From Squalus acanthias (Eukaryota): a stretch of 64,000 nt of DNA. The notes below the pieces were generated by a model. That model ran no database searches and was not told the origin of the DNA. It saw only the letters and a program-made list of their open reading frames with translations. Within the stretch, counting starts at the first letter, position 1, and every line of letters begins with the position of its first letter. The stretch spans positions 2,418,001-2,482,000 of the forward strand of contig CM059432.1 of assembly GCA_030390025.1 (NCBI GenBank). Direction: 5' to 3'. Shown here in pieces: positions 37,955-50,680 of the stretch. Position numbers and translations under genes: made by a program.

Positions 37955-38476
37955 AACACCTTATATACTTGCATTGGAGGCAGTTCAGAGATGATTCACT
38001 AGGTTAATTCCAGAGATGAAGGGGTTGACTTATGAGGAAAGGTTGAGCAGGTTGGGCCTATACTCATTGGAATTTAGAAGAATGAGAGGTGATCTTATTG
38101 AAACATATAAGATACTGAGGGGGCTCGACAAGGTAGATGCAGAAAGGATGTTTCCCCTCGTGGGGAAATCTAGAACGCGGGGACACAGTTTTAGAATAAA
38201 GGGTCGCCCTTTTAGAACTGAGATGAGGAGGAATTTCTTCTCTCAGAGAGTCGTAAGTCTTTGGAATTCTCTGCCCCAGAGAGCCGTGGAGGCTGGGTCA
38301 TTAAATACATTTAAGGTGGAGATAGACAGATGTTTGCAAGATAAGGGAGTGAAGGGTTATGGGGAGCGGGCGGGGAAGTGGCTTTGAGCCCAAGATCAGC
38401 CACGATCTTATTGAATGGCGGAGCAGGCTCGAGGGGCCAAGTGGCCTATTCCTGCTCCTATTTCTTATGTTCTTAT
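37955..38476 (+). mobile_element. CR1 3' fragment nested in an opposite-strand CR1
   Basis: MKGLTYEERLSRLGLYSLE; flanked by CTTATAT on both sides. Confidence 0.85.
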
Positions 38477-38594
38477 ATCCAGGAATATTTCAAACCCAAT
38501 CCTGCCCTTTTTGAGCCAGGTCTCAGTTATCACCACATCATGTCCCATGTGGCTATTTGCGCCTGCAGCTCACCAACCTTATTTACCACACTTC

Positions 38595-39439
38595 GGGCTG
38601 GATTTCCAATGACCCGTGGAGTCGGGTTTGGAGTCGGGGGGGGGGGTTAAAGTTGCAGATTCGGGGGTCCCGACCCCATCCCGACTCCAACCCGCCTCCA
38701 TGCCAGTTTCTCTGGCGGCGGGTACCCGACCTGGTCTGAGGCCCGACTCCCCGAGGCGGGAAGGGATTGCTGACAATTAACTGCCTGTTAACAGGTAGTT
38801 AACAGGCAGTTTTTTGCATAATCCCTATTTTAAAAACAAAAGTGTGGGCTTCCCGACAGGTGGCAACCACTCCAAGTTATCGGGTCGGGCCGTGGGTCTG
38901 CAGGGGTTGGAGGGGTCGACATGTCCGGTGGGCAGGTGAGTGATGGGTGCATGTGTGCAGAGGTAAGTGTGTAAGGTAAGTGCTAAGTGTTGGAAAAAGT
39001 TTTACTTACCTTAACTTCCTCCTGCAGGTGTCAGCCCTTCAGTTCTCGGGAGTTAGAAATCTCACCGGCACAGAAAGCAGGAAAGCCGTGGACCTGTCAA
39101 AAACAGCAGTCTTCTGTTTTCTGTGCTGGAATGATTTCTAACTCAGCCTGAAAGGAAGAACTGAAGTTAGAAATCATATTGTGAGTGTTTGACAGCTTCA
39201 CAGAGCTGTCAAACGCTGATATTTCATCTGTCAAAACCTCTTGACAGATGAAATGTCAATCTGTGACGTCACCTGTTGCCGGGTGGCCCTTAATTGGCCT
39301 GCTGAGCCCACTGGGCGGGCTCAACAAGGTCAATCAAGGGAAAATACAGTGGGTTGGCCACATCTCGATGGAGGCGGGTTCACAAGCCAGAATGTGTGAT
39401 TCCCGACCCCAACCCGACTCCAACTTCAAAATCCAGCCC
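38595..39439. mobile_element. MITE, Harbinger-type (TIR GGGCTGGATTT)
   Basis: GGGCTGGATTT..AAATCCAGCCC; 3-bp flanks TTC/TCC; interrupts a CR1. Confidence 0.82.
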
Positions 39440-39619
39440 TCCGTGCGTTTACACACATGCACTGCAAACCTATCTCAGACCTTCTTGTATTCTCTCTTAG
39501 TCTGACACCACCTAATACCGTACTATTTCTCACTCTAGTGCTCTCTGTCTCTCCCAATCCTTTGTGTACCTTGTTTCTCCTTTCTAATGCTGCATCTTAG
39601 TGCCCATCCCCCTGCTTTA

Positions 39620-40036
39620 CTGCAGTAAAACACCCAAAGGCGCTTCACAGGAGCAATTATCAAACAAAATTTGACACCAAGCCACATAAAGAGATATTAG
39701 GGTCAGGTGACCAAAAGCTTGGTCAAAGAGGTAGGTTTTAAGGAGCATCTTAGAGGAGGAGAGAGAGAGGTGGAGAGGCGGAGAGGTTTAGGGAGGGAAT
39801 TCCAGAGCATTAGGACCTCGGCAGCTGAAAGCATGGCCGACAATGGTGGAGCGATTAAAATCATGGATGCTCAGAAGCCAGAATTGGAGGAGCGCAAAGA
39901 TCTCGGAAGGTTGTCGGGCTGGAGGAGGTTACAGAGATAGGGAGGGGCGAGACCATGGAGGGATTTGAAAACTATTTTAAAGTCAAGGCGTTGCTTACCC
40001 AGGAGCCAATGTAGGTCAGCGAGCACAGGGGTGATG
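39620..40036 (-). mobile_element. L2 3' fragment
   Basis: Reverse L2 consensus. Confidence 0.75.
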
Positions 40037-40236
40037 CCACAGCGGAAGCCAAGCGCAAGGAGCGCACGTCAACCCAAGCACCCCACCCACCCGCCCCTTC
40101 AACCACCTGTCTGCCCCACCTGTGACAGAGACTGTCGGTCCCGCATTGGACTCATCAGTCACCTGAGAACTCATTTTTAATGTGGAAGCAAATCATCCTC
40201 GGCTCTGAGGGATTGCCTAAGAAGAAGAAAAGAAAG
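40037..40236 (+). mobile_element. RTE LINE 3' end
   Basis: CPTCDRDCRSRIGLISHLRTH; (AAG)n tail. Confidence 0.8.
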
Positions 40237-41287
40237 ATGGGTGAAGAGGACCTTCCATTTTGGACCCGGCACTTGGCTACTCTAGGCCTCAGTCTGGCCA
40301 CGGCCTTCACTGGGAGCCGTGCTGCTGTTTTGAGGGGGCTTTCTGCCCTAATCAGGGTTCCTGGCTGCCTCTTCTGACGCTGAGGTGCCATCAGGATTCT
40401 CCGCTTCCCACTGTTGTCTCCCTCTTGGTGGTGGGAATCCCACCGGGATGCTGCTGTGTATCGGAGATGAACTCCAACCCAAAGGAGATGGGTTGGGGGG
40501 GTGAGGGTGGAGACAGAGGGGCTGATCGACGCCCTGCCCCACCAGAACTCTGCTCTGGAGAGGAGACTCTTGGCCATCATGATGCAAAAAGCCCAAAGCC
40601 ACCATGACCATGATTGGTTGCAGTCATGTTTGTTTCAGTAAAAAAAAAGAAACGTTCCTGAGTACAGCCGAGACCCCAGCCTCTGTAGCCCACAGTGATC
40701 TGCCTTCCTGGTTCAATTAGCAAATAGTGATAGTGAGCACTGAGGACTATTTTTTGATCAGCTGGGTATGTGACAAGCCTTCCATTCCCACTCTGATCTC
40801 TCGCTGTCCTCGGCCTCCTACCCTTTTACATAGAATTACATTGAATACGCAGCATAGAAACAGGCCCTTCGGCCCAACCAGTCCATGCCGGCGTTTATGC
40901 TCCACTCGAGCCTCCTCCCGTCTTTCCTCATCCAACTCTATCAGCATGCCCCTCTATTCCCTTCTCCCTCATGTGCTTGTCTAGCCTCCCCTTAGATGCA
41001 TCTTAGAAACATAGAAAAATAGGAGCAGGAGTAGGCCATTCGGCACTTCGAGCCTACTCCGCCATTCAATATGATCATGGCTGATCCTCTATCTCAATAC
41101 CATATTCCCGCTCTCTCCCCATACCCCTTGATGCCTTTTGTGTCTAGATCTATACTATTCGCCTCAACACTCCCTGTGGTAGCGAGTTCCACATTCTCAC
41201 CGCTCTCTGGGTAAAGAAGTTTCTTCTGAATTCCCTGTTTGATTTCTTGGTGACGATCTCGTATTGATGGCCCCTGGTTTTGCTTAT

Positions 41288-41505
41288 GAAGCTCAACGCA
41301 AGCTCAAGGAACAGCACCTCAGCTTCCCATTGGGCACTTTACAACCTACCGGCCTCAACACTGAGCTCAATAACTTTAGATCATAACCAACGCTCCCATT
41401 TTCTCGGACATCAGTTGGTCATTAGATCGATGGCTCTGCTGTAACCATTTACACCTCTTCAAGACCTATCTTTTGTTTCTTTAGTTGATCCATTACCACC
41501 TCCTT
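41288..41505 (+). mobile_element. Penelope family B fragment (GIY-YIG C-terminus + 3' UTR)
   Basis: EAQRKLKEQHL..GTLQPTGLN.E.NNFRS*, matching the end of ORF 49172-50707. Confidence 0.7.
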
Positions 41506-41509
41506 AGGT

Positions 41510-42180
41510 CATGCACCATCTGGTACAGCAAGTAATTAGGAAGGCAAATGGAATGTTGGCCTTTATTGCATGGCGGATGGAGTATAAAAGTAGGGAAGTC
41601 TTGCTACAACTGTACAGGGCGTTGGTGAGACCACACCTGGAGTACTGCGTACAGTTTTGGATATACTTGCTTTGGAGGCAGTTCAGAGAAGGTTCACTAG
41701 GTTGATTCCTGAGATGAGGGGGTTGTCTTATGAAGAAAGGTTGAGCAGGTTGGGCCTTTACTCATTGGAGTTTAGAAGAATGAGAGGGGATCTTATTGAA
41801 ACATATAAGATTCTGAGGGGGCTCGACAGGGTGGATGCTGAGAGGATGTTTCCCCTCGTGGGGGAATCTAGAACTAGGGGGCATAATTTCAGAATAAGGG
41901 GTCGCCCATTTAAAACGGAGATGAGGAGGAATTTCTTCTCTCGGAGGGTCGTGAATCTTTGGAATTCTCTACCCCAGAGAGCTGTGGAGGCGGAGTCATT
42001 GAATATATTCAAGGTGGAGATAGACAGATGTTTGAAAAACAGGGGAGTCGAGGGTTATGGGGAGTGGGCAGGAAAGTGGAGTTCAGGCCAAGATCAGATC
42101 AGCCATGATCTTATTGAATGGCGGAGCAGGCTCGAGGGGCCAAATGGCCTACTCCTGCTCTATTTCTTATGTTCTTATGG
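41510..42180 (+). mobile_element. CR1 3' fragment
   Basis: [26 protein letters not shown]; (TTCTTATG)n. Confidence 0.88.
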
Positions 42181-42547
42181 TTTATGCTCCGCACGAGCCT
42201 CCTCCCACACATCTTCATCTCACCCTAGCAACATATCCTTCTATTCCTTATGTTCTTATATCATCCCTTTTGTCATTTCATCACTGCCTGCCCTCCACCC
42301 CATCACAGACCTTCCACTTTGGACAAGAACCCTGATGGCACTTCAGCATCAGAAGAGGCAGCCAGGAACATTAAATAGGGCGGAAAGCACCCGTTGTTCT
42401 CACCGCCTCACAATTAGCAAATCTACCATTAACATAGCTCCCATCATCAGACATGACTCCATGGAGCCAACTTGACCCCACAGAGGCCCTGCTAACCTCT
42501 ACCCAAGGAGAAGTCACCAGCTGGCCATTAGACAACAGACAACAGAT

Positions 42548-43160
42548 AACCTCCTCCAGCCCCTACAACCCTCCCTATCTCTGTAACCTCCTCCAGCCCT
42601 ACAACCCTCCCTATCTCTGTAACCTCCTCCAGCCCCTACAACCCTCCCTATCTCTGTAACCTCCTCCAACCCTACAACCCTCCCTATCTCTGTAACCTCC
42701 TCCAGCCCCTACAACTCTCCCTATCTCTGTAACCTCCTCCAGCCCTACAACCCTCCCTATCTCTGTAACCTCCTCCAGCCCTACAACCCTCCCTATCTCT
42801 GTAACCTCCTCCAACCCCTACAACCCTCCCTATCTCTGTAACCTCCTCCAGCCCCTACAACCCTCCCTATCTCTGTAACCTCCTCCAGCCCTACAACCCT
42901 CCCTATCTCTTCTCTGTACCTCCTCCAGCCCTACAACCCTCCCTATCTCTGTAACCTCCTCCAGCCCTACAACCCTCCATATCTCTGTAACTTCCTCCAG
43001 CCCTACAACCCTCCCTATCTCTGTAACCTCCTCCAGCCCTACAACCCTCCCTATCTCTGTAACATCCTCCAGCCCTACAACCCTCCCTCTATCTGTAACC
43101 TCCTCCAGCCCTACAACTCTCCTATCTCTGTAACCTCCTCCAGCCCTACAACCCTCCAAA
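42548..43160. repeat. 36/37-bp minisatellite derived from L2 sequence (about 16 copies)
   Basis: aacctcctccagccctacaaccctccctatctctgt repeated, then runs into ordinary L2 sequence (43160-43210). Confidence 0.92.
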
Positions 43161-43552
43161 ATCTCTGCGCTCCTCCAATTCTGGCCTCTTGCAAATCCTC
43201 GATTTCCTTCGAATTTCTGCCTACCCATCAGGATAAAAGCCTCTCCTTTAAATAGCAGCTGCTGTCCTTTAAGAACAGGAAATCTGCCCAGCTCATGGAA
43301 TAAAGTAAGATCCTAATGTCACATCCAATTCAGGCTGGGAGCTTGATCCGGATAAATCTTAATCCCGGATGATTGGGCTAGGTCGGTCTTGTCCAAAATG
43401 TGTTTCATTTAGTCGTCCTGTCTCAAATTAATTCTGAGTGGGTTCGCTATAGATATGAAAAGACATTGGAGTAAAGAAGATCTTTACCTTTATTACTGAA
43501 TTGAATTGAATTATTTTCTAAGCATCACTGAGGTTAGCTTTTTGAAAGCAAA

Positions 43553-43975
43553 ATAAAGACTTGCATTTCTATAGTGTCTTTCACGACCTCAGGACGTCCC
43601 AAAGCTCTTTACAGCCAATGAAGTATAGTCACTGTTGTAATGTGGGAAATGCCAATATGTGCACAGCAAGCTCCCAGAAACAGCAATGTGAAAATGACCA
43701 GCTAACCTGCTTTAGGGCTAAATATTGGCCCAGAACTCCCCTGCTCTTCTTTGAAATAGCACCATGGGATTGTTTACATCCACCTTGAGAGGGCAGTCGG
43801 GGCCTCGGTTTAATATCTCATCTGAAACGCAGCACCTCCGACAGTGCAGCGCTCCCTCAGCACTGCACTGGGAGCATCAGCCTAGATTTTTATGCTCAAG
43901 TCTCTGGAGTGGGACTCGAACCCACAACCTTCTGACTCAGAGGTGAGAGTGCTACCCACTGAGCTACGGCTGACT
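43553..43975 (-). mobile_element. DeuSINE
   Basis: Reverse SINE consensus. Confidence 0.75.
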
Positions 43976-43984
43976 CCCAAAGTG

Positions 43985-44780
43985 GGAGCCAAACTGGGGG
44001 ATATAGTTAATACAGAGGAAGACTGTTATACAAGAAGACGTTATTAAACTTACCGAATGGGCGTTTAATGCCAAATTAATTTCAATATAGATAAGTGTGA
44101 GGTGGTGCATTTTGGTAGAAGGAATGAGGAGGCCACCTACTCCTTGGAAAATAAGAGCCTAAATGGGGTAGAGGAGCAAATGAATCAAGGGGTACACAGT
44201 CACAAATCATTAAAAGTAGATTAGCAAGGCTGTAAAAATTGCAAATAAAGCACTGGGGTTCATTTCTAGAGGAATAGAATTGAAAAGCAGAGAGCTTATC
44301 TTAAATTTGTATAGAACCTTGGTTAGATTACACTTGGAGTACTGCAAACAGTTCTGGTCTCCATATTATAGAGGAACTGGAGAAAGTGCAAAAAATGATT
44401 TACAAGGCTGATACCAGAACTGAGAGGTTACACCTATCAGGAAAGATTGAACAGGCTGGGGCTCTTTTCTCTAGAAAAGAGAAGACTGAAAGGTGAGTGA
44501 TGGAGGTCTTTCAAATTATGCAAGAGTTTGATAGAATAGACGTAGAGAAGATGTTTCCACTTGTGGGGGAGACCAGAACTAGGGGCCATAAATATAAGAT
44601 AATCAATAATGAATCGAGGAGAAACTTCTTTACCCAAAGAGTGGTGAGAATGTGGGACTCAGTTGAGGCGAATAGCAGCGATGCATTTAAGGGGAAGCTA
44701 GAAAAACACATGAGGGAGAAAGGAACAGAAGGATATGGTGATAGAGTGAGATGAAGAGGGGTGGGAGGAGGCTCGTGTGG
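43985..44780 (+). mobile_element. Older CR1 3' fragment
   Basis: FDRIDVEKMFPLVGETRTRGH..FFTQRVVRMW. Confidence 0.75.
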
Positions 44781-45451
44781 AATTTGTTAAGAAATACAGA
44801 TTTTTTTTGGAGAAGGAGATCATTTTGGACAATTTTAGTTGCCTCTTTTTTGGAAAGGCAGCATTATTTGGATAGCTTTTTTGTAGTTTAGCATCTCAGT
44901 CACCCAGCATTATCTGGCATTGTCTATTGAAGCTTGTCTCCTATCACCAAGATATTTTGGGACTAGCGCTGATTCATGCCCTTGGGAAATAAACACCTAG
45001 CAGAATGGTAGCGAATTGGTGGAGAGTGCTGAAGCCTCTGTTGTGAATTATGTCCACCTTAATCGGACAATGGCAAGACCCTACTTATGGGAACAGAAGC
45101 GCAATGAGACACAGAGCTGGGGAAGAGTAAGAGTGGAGGCTTCCGGAGAAATATAATGGTGATAAATGGACAGGACATGGCCAAGGAGAGGTGATAGAGA
45201 TAAATTTGGGAGAATGTAATGGTTCTTTAGGATCTCTGCTAATGGTGTAATTTATAGGGAGATGTCCAGTGAGGATGATAGTGACAGACATCAGGAGGAC
45301 ATCGGCAGACTGGTGAAATGGGCAGACGCATGGAAGAGGAAATTTAATGCAGAGAAATGTGATTTATTTTGGTAGGAAAAATGAGGAGATGCAATACAAA
45401 TTAAATGGTGCAATTTTAAAGGGGGTGCAGGAACAGAGAGACCTGGGTGTT

Positions 45452-46390
45452 TTTTTTATTCATTCCTGGGATGTGGGCGTCGCTGGGTAGGCCAGCATTT
45501 ATTGCCCATCCCTAATTGCCCTTGAGAAGGTGGTGGTGAGCCACCTTCTTGAACCGCTGCAGTCCGTGTGGTGAAGGTACTCCCACAGTGCTGTTAAAGA
45601 AGGAGTTCCAGGATTTTGACCCAGCGACGATGAAGGATCGGCAATATACTTCCAAGTCAGGATGGTGTGTGACTTGGAGGGGAACTTGGAGGCGGTGGTG
45701 TTCCCATGCGCCTGCTGCCCTTGTCCTGCTAGGTGGTGGAGGTCACGGGTTTGGGAGGTGCTGCCGAAGAAGCCTTGGCGAGTTGCTGCAGTGCATCTTG
45801 TAGATGGTACACACTGCAGCCACGGTGCGCCGGTGGTGGAGGGAATGAATGTTTAAGGTGGTGGATGGGCTGCCAATCAAGAGGGCTGCTTTGTCCTGGA
45901 TGGTGTTGAGCTTCTTGAGTGTTGTTGGAGCTGCACTCATTCAGGCAAGTGGAGAGTATTCCATCACACTCCTGACTTATGTCTTGTAGATGGTGGAAAG
46001 GCTTTGGGGAGTCAGGAGGTGAGACACTTGCCGCAGAATACCCAGCCTCTGACCTGCTCTTGTAGCCACAGTATTTATGTGGCCGGTCCAGTTAAGTTTC
46101 TGGTCAATGGTGGGGGATTCGGCGATGGTAATGCCGTTGTATGTCAAGGGAGGTGGTTTAATTTTCTCTTGTTGGAGATGGTTATTGCCTGACACTTGTG
46201 TGGCTCGAATGTTACTTGCCACTTATCAGCTTATTAAGTATTGCTGCTTGCGGGCACGGACTGCTTCATTATTTGAGGAGTTGCAAATAGAATTGAACAC
46301 TGTGCAATCATCAGCGAATGTCCCCATTTCTCACCTTATGATGGAAGGAAGGTCATTGATGAAGCAGCTGAAACTGGTTGGGCCTAGGAC
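45452..46390 (-). mobile_element. CR1-group LINE (second family) 3' portion, nested in a CR1 (45290-45450 / 46395-47060)
   Basis: KLNWTGHIN..RAGQRLGILR..LSTIYK, MSAAPTTLKKLNTIQDKAA; poly-A-like tail. Confidence 0.78.
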
Positions 46391-46394
46391 ACAA

Positions 46395-47060
46395 GCCTTT
46401 GAAGGTGGCAGGTCAAGTTGAGAAGGACTGTTAAAAAGACATACGGGATCCATGGCTTTATAAATAAAGGAATAGAGTACAAAAGAATATAAAACACTAG
46501 TTAGGCCTCAGCTGGAGTATTGTGTCCAATTCTGGGCACCGCACTTTAAGAAGGATGTCAAGGCCTTAGAGAGGGTGCAGAGGAGATTTACTAGAATGGT
46601 TCCAGGGATGAGGGACTTCAGTTATGTGGAGAGACTGGAGAAACTGGGATTGTTCTCCTTAGAATAGAGAAGGTTAAGGGAAGATTCGATAGAGGTGTTC
46701 AAAACTATGAAGGGTTTTGATAGACTAAATAAGGAGAAACTGTTTCCACTGTCAGAAGGGTCGGTAACCAGAGGACACAGATTTAAGGTGATTGTCAAAA
46801 GAACCAGAGGTGGAGATGAGGAATTTTTTTTTACGCAGCGAGTTGTTGTGATCTGGAACGCGCTGCCTGAAAGGGCGGTGGAAGCAGATTCAATAGTAAC
46901 TTTCAAAAGGGAATTGGATAAATACTTGAAAAGGAAAAATATTGCAGGGCTATGGGGAAAGAGCGGGGGGGAGTGGGGCTAATCGGAGAGAATCTTTCAA
47001 AGAGCCGGCACAGGCACGATGGGCCGAATGGCCTCCCTCTGTAACGTATCATTCTATGAT
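46395..47060 (+). mobile_element. CR1 3' fragment
   Basis: MKGFDRLNKEKLFPL..WNALP; attctatgat tail. Confidence 0.85.
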
Positions 47061-47379
47061 TTGGCGACTTATAAATCACTTCTCAGAAATGGGCTGGAAG
47101 TGTAGCCTGTACCAAGTCGCACACTAGCAGCGCCAATCACTCATTCAGGCTTAAGAATGTAACCTATTTAGCGGACTGTCACTCTTAAAAATAAACACAG
47201 CCAGTATCTTTAAATAGGTTTGCAATCTATGCCACTCAACATCTTCCTGAAGTGGGTGGATGGGAGGCTGCTTTGGCTGTTTGTAATGCTCGAGAGAAAA
47301 AAAAATTATCCTTGCAGAGATAGAACATTAGGGATTTATTAGGAACATTAATTTTTTTTCTCTCTCTTCTTTCCTCACA

Positions 47380-47682
47380 TGGTAGCTGTTAATGTTGCTG
47401 CCATCATCATCCACACATCATCCAGAGCCATCTTTTGTTTCTTAACTTGTCCCATTACCATCTCCTTTTGCCTTGCACCATCATCCCTTTTGTCAGTCAA
47501 TCTCTCCTGCCTTCCATCCTATCACAGACCTTCCCTTTGTTCTTTCCTCCCCTCCTCCCTGCCCCTGCTTAAAAATCTCTCCTCTGACGAAGGGTTCGAC
47601 TCGAAACGTTAACTCTGTTTCTCTCTCTCCTCGATGCTGCCTGACCTGCTGAGTGTTCCCAGCACTTTCTGTTGTTATTTCA
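47380..47682 (+). mobile_element. Penelope family B 3' UTR/terminal repeat with hammerhead core at 47584-47610
   Basis: CUGACGA-A-GGGU(UCG)ACUC-GAAAC-GUU; 5' arm of stem I disrupted. Confidence 0.7.
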
Positions 47683-48847
47683 GAACATTAGGGATTCTGA
47701 GAGTCATGAGCACTGGATGAATCTGTTGTTAGATCAAGTAAGGTTACAAAGGCTGGCATTTGAAAATAGGGGACCAAACAAGGGACAATTCGAAGCTTAA
47801 AAGTAGAAGGATGGTCTAAGGTGGGCTGTTGTGAACACTCCTGCAGTTTGTAGCTTGGATTTTTCCGATCACTGGCATTAAAGTAACAGCGATTGGAAAA
47901 TAGGGAATTATATGGCAAAGGAACTTCAATATACCTGTAGATAAATGTGTGGTGGTGCATTTTGGTAGAAGGAACAAGGAGGCCACACACTCATTGGAAA
48001 ATAAGAGTCTAAATGGGGTAGAGGAGCAAAGGGGTCCAGGGGATACAGGTACACAAATCACTAAAAGTAGCGACACAAGTTAACAAGGCCATAAAAATGC
48101 AAACAAAGCACTGGGGTTCATTTCTAGAGGAATAGAATTGAAAAATAAGAAAGTTATGTTAGACATATAGAACCTTGGTTCAACCATACTTGGAGTACTA
48201 TGCACAGTTTTGGTCTTCAGATTAAAAAAAGGATATAGAGGCACTGGAGATAGTGCCATAAAGATTTCCAAGGATGATACTAGACCTGAGAGGTTATAAC
48301 TATCAGGAAAGATTGAACAGGCTGGGGCATATTTCTCTAGAAAGGTGAAGGCTGAGGGGTGACCTAATAAAGGTCTTTAAGATTCTGAAAGGGTTTGATA
48401 GGGTAGACGTAGAGAAGATATTTCCACTTGTAGGGAGGCCAAAACTAGTGATAATGACCAGATAGTCTGGTTTTAGTGATGTTGGTTGAGCGAAAAATAG
48501 TGGCCAGGACACCAGGGAGAACTTAATTGAGGTGTATAAAATTATGAGGGGCCTAGATAGAGTGGATAGGAAGGACCTATTTCCCTTAGCAGAGGGGTCA
48601 ATAACCAGGGGGTAAAGATTTAAAGTAATTGGTAGAAGGATTAGAGGGGATTTGAGGAGAACTTTTTTCACCCAGAGGGTGGTGGGGGTCTGGAACTCAC
48701 TGCCTGAAAGGGTGGTAGAGGCAGAAACCCTCATCACATTTAAAAAGTACGATAGCAAAATACTGCGGATGCTGGAAAATTGAAACAACAACAGAAAACG
48801 CTGGAAAAACTCAGCAGGCCAGGCAACATCCGTGGAGAGAGAAACAG

Positions 48848-48883
48848 AGTTAACGTTTCAGGTCGAAACCCTTCGTCAGAACT
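48848..48883 (-). ncRNA. Minimal hammerhead ribozyme (family B terminal repeat)
   Basis: AGUU-CUGACGA-A-GGGU(UUCG)ACCU-GAAAC-GUU-AACU. Confidence 0.82.
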
Positions 48884-49171
48884 GAGAAAAAAGCAGGAAA
48901 TGAAACAGATAAAAAAGCAAGGGGGAGGCTGGGGGGAGGAATAAAAGAACAAAAGGGGTGGTCTATGGTCAGTAGAGACATTAAGAGATGCTCAAGGCGA
49001 GACGAGATGGTAATAGGACAGGTTAAGAAACAAAAGGTGGCTCAGAAGTGTGAAGTGTGAAATGCTGGCAGAATGAGAGACAGTTGCCGTGTGGGAGAGA
49101 GAGAAAAAAAAGGGAAAAGGCACAAACCAAAAGTGTGGATAAAATATATATATATGTGGTAGGGGCCGAGG

Positions 49172-50680
49172 TTATGATCTGAAATTGTTGAACTCGATAT
49201 TGAGTCCAGAAGGCTGTAAAGTGCCTAATCGGAAGATGAGGTGCTGTTCCTCGAGCTTACGCTGAGCTTCCGTGGAACAATGCAAGAGGCCGAGGTCGGC
49301 TAGGTCTGAGTGGGCGTGGAGAGGTGAATTAAAATGACAGGCGACCGGAAGCTCGGGGTCACCCTTACGGACTGAACGGAGGTGTTCCGCAAAGCGGTCA
49401 CCCAATCTGCGTTTGGTCTCCCCAATATAGAGGAGACCACATCGTGAGCAGCGAATACAGTATACTAAATTGCAAGAAGTACAAGTAAATCGCTGTTTCA
49501 CCTGGAAGGGGTGTTTGGGGCCCTGGAGAGTGGGAAGGGGGGAGGTATAAGGGCATGTGTTGCATCTCCTGCGCTTGCACGGGAAGGTGCCGGGCAAGGG
49601 GGTAGGGGTGCTGGGGGTGATAGAGGAGTGGACTAGGGTGTCTCGGAGGGAGCGGTCCCTGTGGAATGCTGAAAGGGGAGGTGAGGGGAAGATACGTTTG
49701 GTGGTGGGATCACGTTGGAGGTGGCGGAAATGGCGAAGGATGATCCGTTGAATGTGGAGGCTGGTGGGGTGAAAGGTGAGGACAAGGGGAACTCTACCGT
49801 GGTTCCGGGAGGGAGGGGCCGGGGTGAGGGCAGAAGTGTGGGAGATGGAACGGACACGGTCGAGGGCCGTGTCGACCACGGTAGAGGGGAATCCTCGGTT
49901 GAGGAAAAAGGAAGACATGTCGGAAGCACTGGTATGGAAGGTGGCATCGTCGGAGCAGATGCGGTGGAGACGGAGAAACTGGGAGAAGGGAATAGAGTCC
50001 TTACAGGAGGCGGGGTGGGAGGAAGTGTAGTCCAGGTAGCTATGGGAGTCAGTGGGCTTATAGTGAATGTTGGTCAATAACCTATCCCCAGAGATGGAGA
50101 CGGAGAAGTCGAGGAAGGGAAGGGAGGAGTCGGAGATGGACCATGTGAAGGTGAGGGAAGGGTGGAAATTGAAGGCAAAGTGAATGAAATTGTCTAGTTC
50201 AGGGCGAGAGCAGGAAACAGCACCGATACAGTCGTCAATGTACCGGAAAAAGAGGTGAGGGAGGGGACCCGAGTAGGACTGGAACAAAGAGTGTTCCACA
50301 TATCCCACGAAAAGGCAGGCATAGCTAGGACCCATGCGGGTACCCATAGCAACACCTTTGATTTGGAGGAAATGAGTGGAGTCAAAGGAGAAGTTGTTCA
50401 ATGTGAGAACAAGTTCAGCCAGGTGGAGGAGGGTGGAGGTGGATGGGGTCTGGTTGGGCCTTTGTTCAAGGAAGAAGCGGAGCGCCCTCAGGCCATCCTG
50501 GTGGGGGATGGAGGTGTAGAGGGATTGTACGTCCATAGTGAAAAGGAGGCGGTTGGGGCCAGGAAACTGGAAACTGTTAAAGTGGCGGAGGGCATCAGAG
50601 GAGTCGCGGATGTAGGTGGGAAGAGACTGGACAAGGGGAGAAGAAATAGAGTCGAGATAGGAAGAGATAAGTTCCGTGGG
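49172..50680 (-). CDS. Penelope-like RT + Cys linker + GIY-YIG endonuclease (N-truncated, no internal stops)
   Basis: YIRDSSD, MDVQSLYTSIP, GVAMGTRMGPSYA, RYIDDC, PCKRRRCNTC, LVYCIRC..LYIGETKR..RFAEH, GLN. Confidence 0.92.
   Translation of the reverse strand, partial: PTELISSYLDSISSPLVQSLPTYIRDSSDALRHFNSFQFPGPNRLLFTMDVQSLYTSIPHQDGLRALRFFLEQRPNQTPSTSTLLHLAELVLTLNNFSFDSTHFLQIKGVAMGTRMGPSYACLFVGYVEHSLFQSYSGPLPHLFFRYIDDCIGAVSCSRPELDNFIHFAFNFHPSLTFTWSISDSSLPFLDFSVSISGDRLLTNIHYKPTDSHSYLDYTSSHPASCKDSIPFSQFLRLHRICSDDATFHTSASDMSSFFLNRGFPSTVVDTALDRVRSISHTSALTPAPPSRNHGRVPLVLTFHPTSLHIQRIILRHFRHLQRDPTTKRIFPSPPLSAFHRDRSLRDTLVHSSITPSTPTPLPGTFPCKRRRCNTCPYTSPLPTLQGPKHPFQVKQRFTCTSCNLVYCIRCSRCGLLYIGETKRRLGDRFAEHLRSVRKGDPELPVACHFNSPLHAHSDLADLGLLHCSTEAQRKLEEQHLIFRLGTLQPSGLNIEFNNFRS

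Larger units (their letters stand above)
34803..39615 (-). mobile_element. Long degraded CR1 ORF2 (APE endonuclease + RT) hosting four nested insertions
   Basis: YKVFRKDREGKKGGGVAV, GVFYRPP, GEHLGNSDH, KSPGPDGMHP, ESQHGFVKGKSCLTNL, KFADDTKLG; (ATTCTATG)n tail at 34803. Confidence 0.88.
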
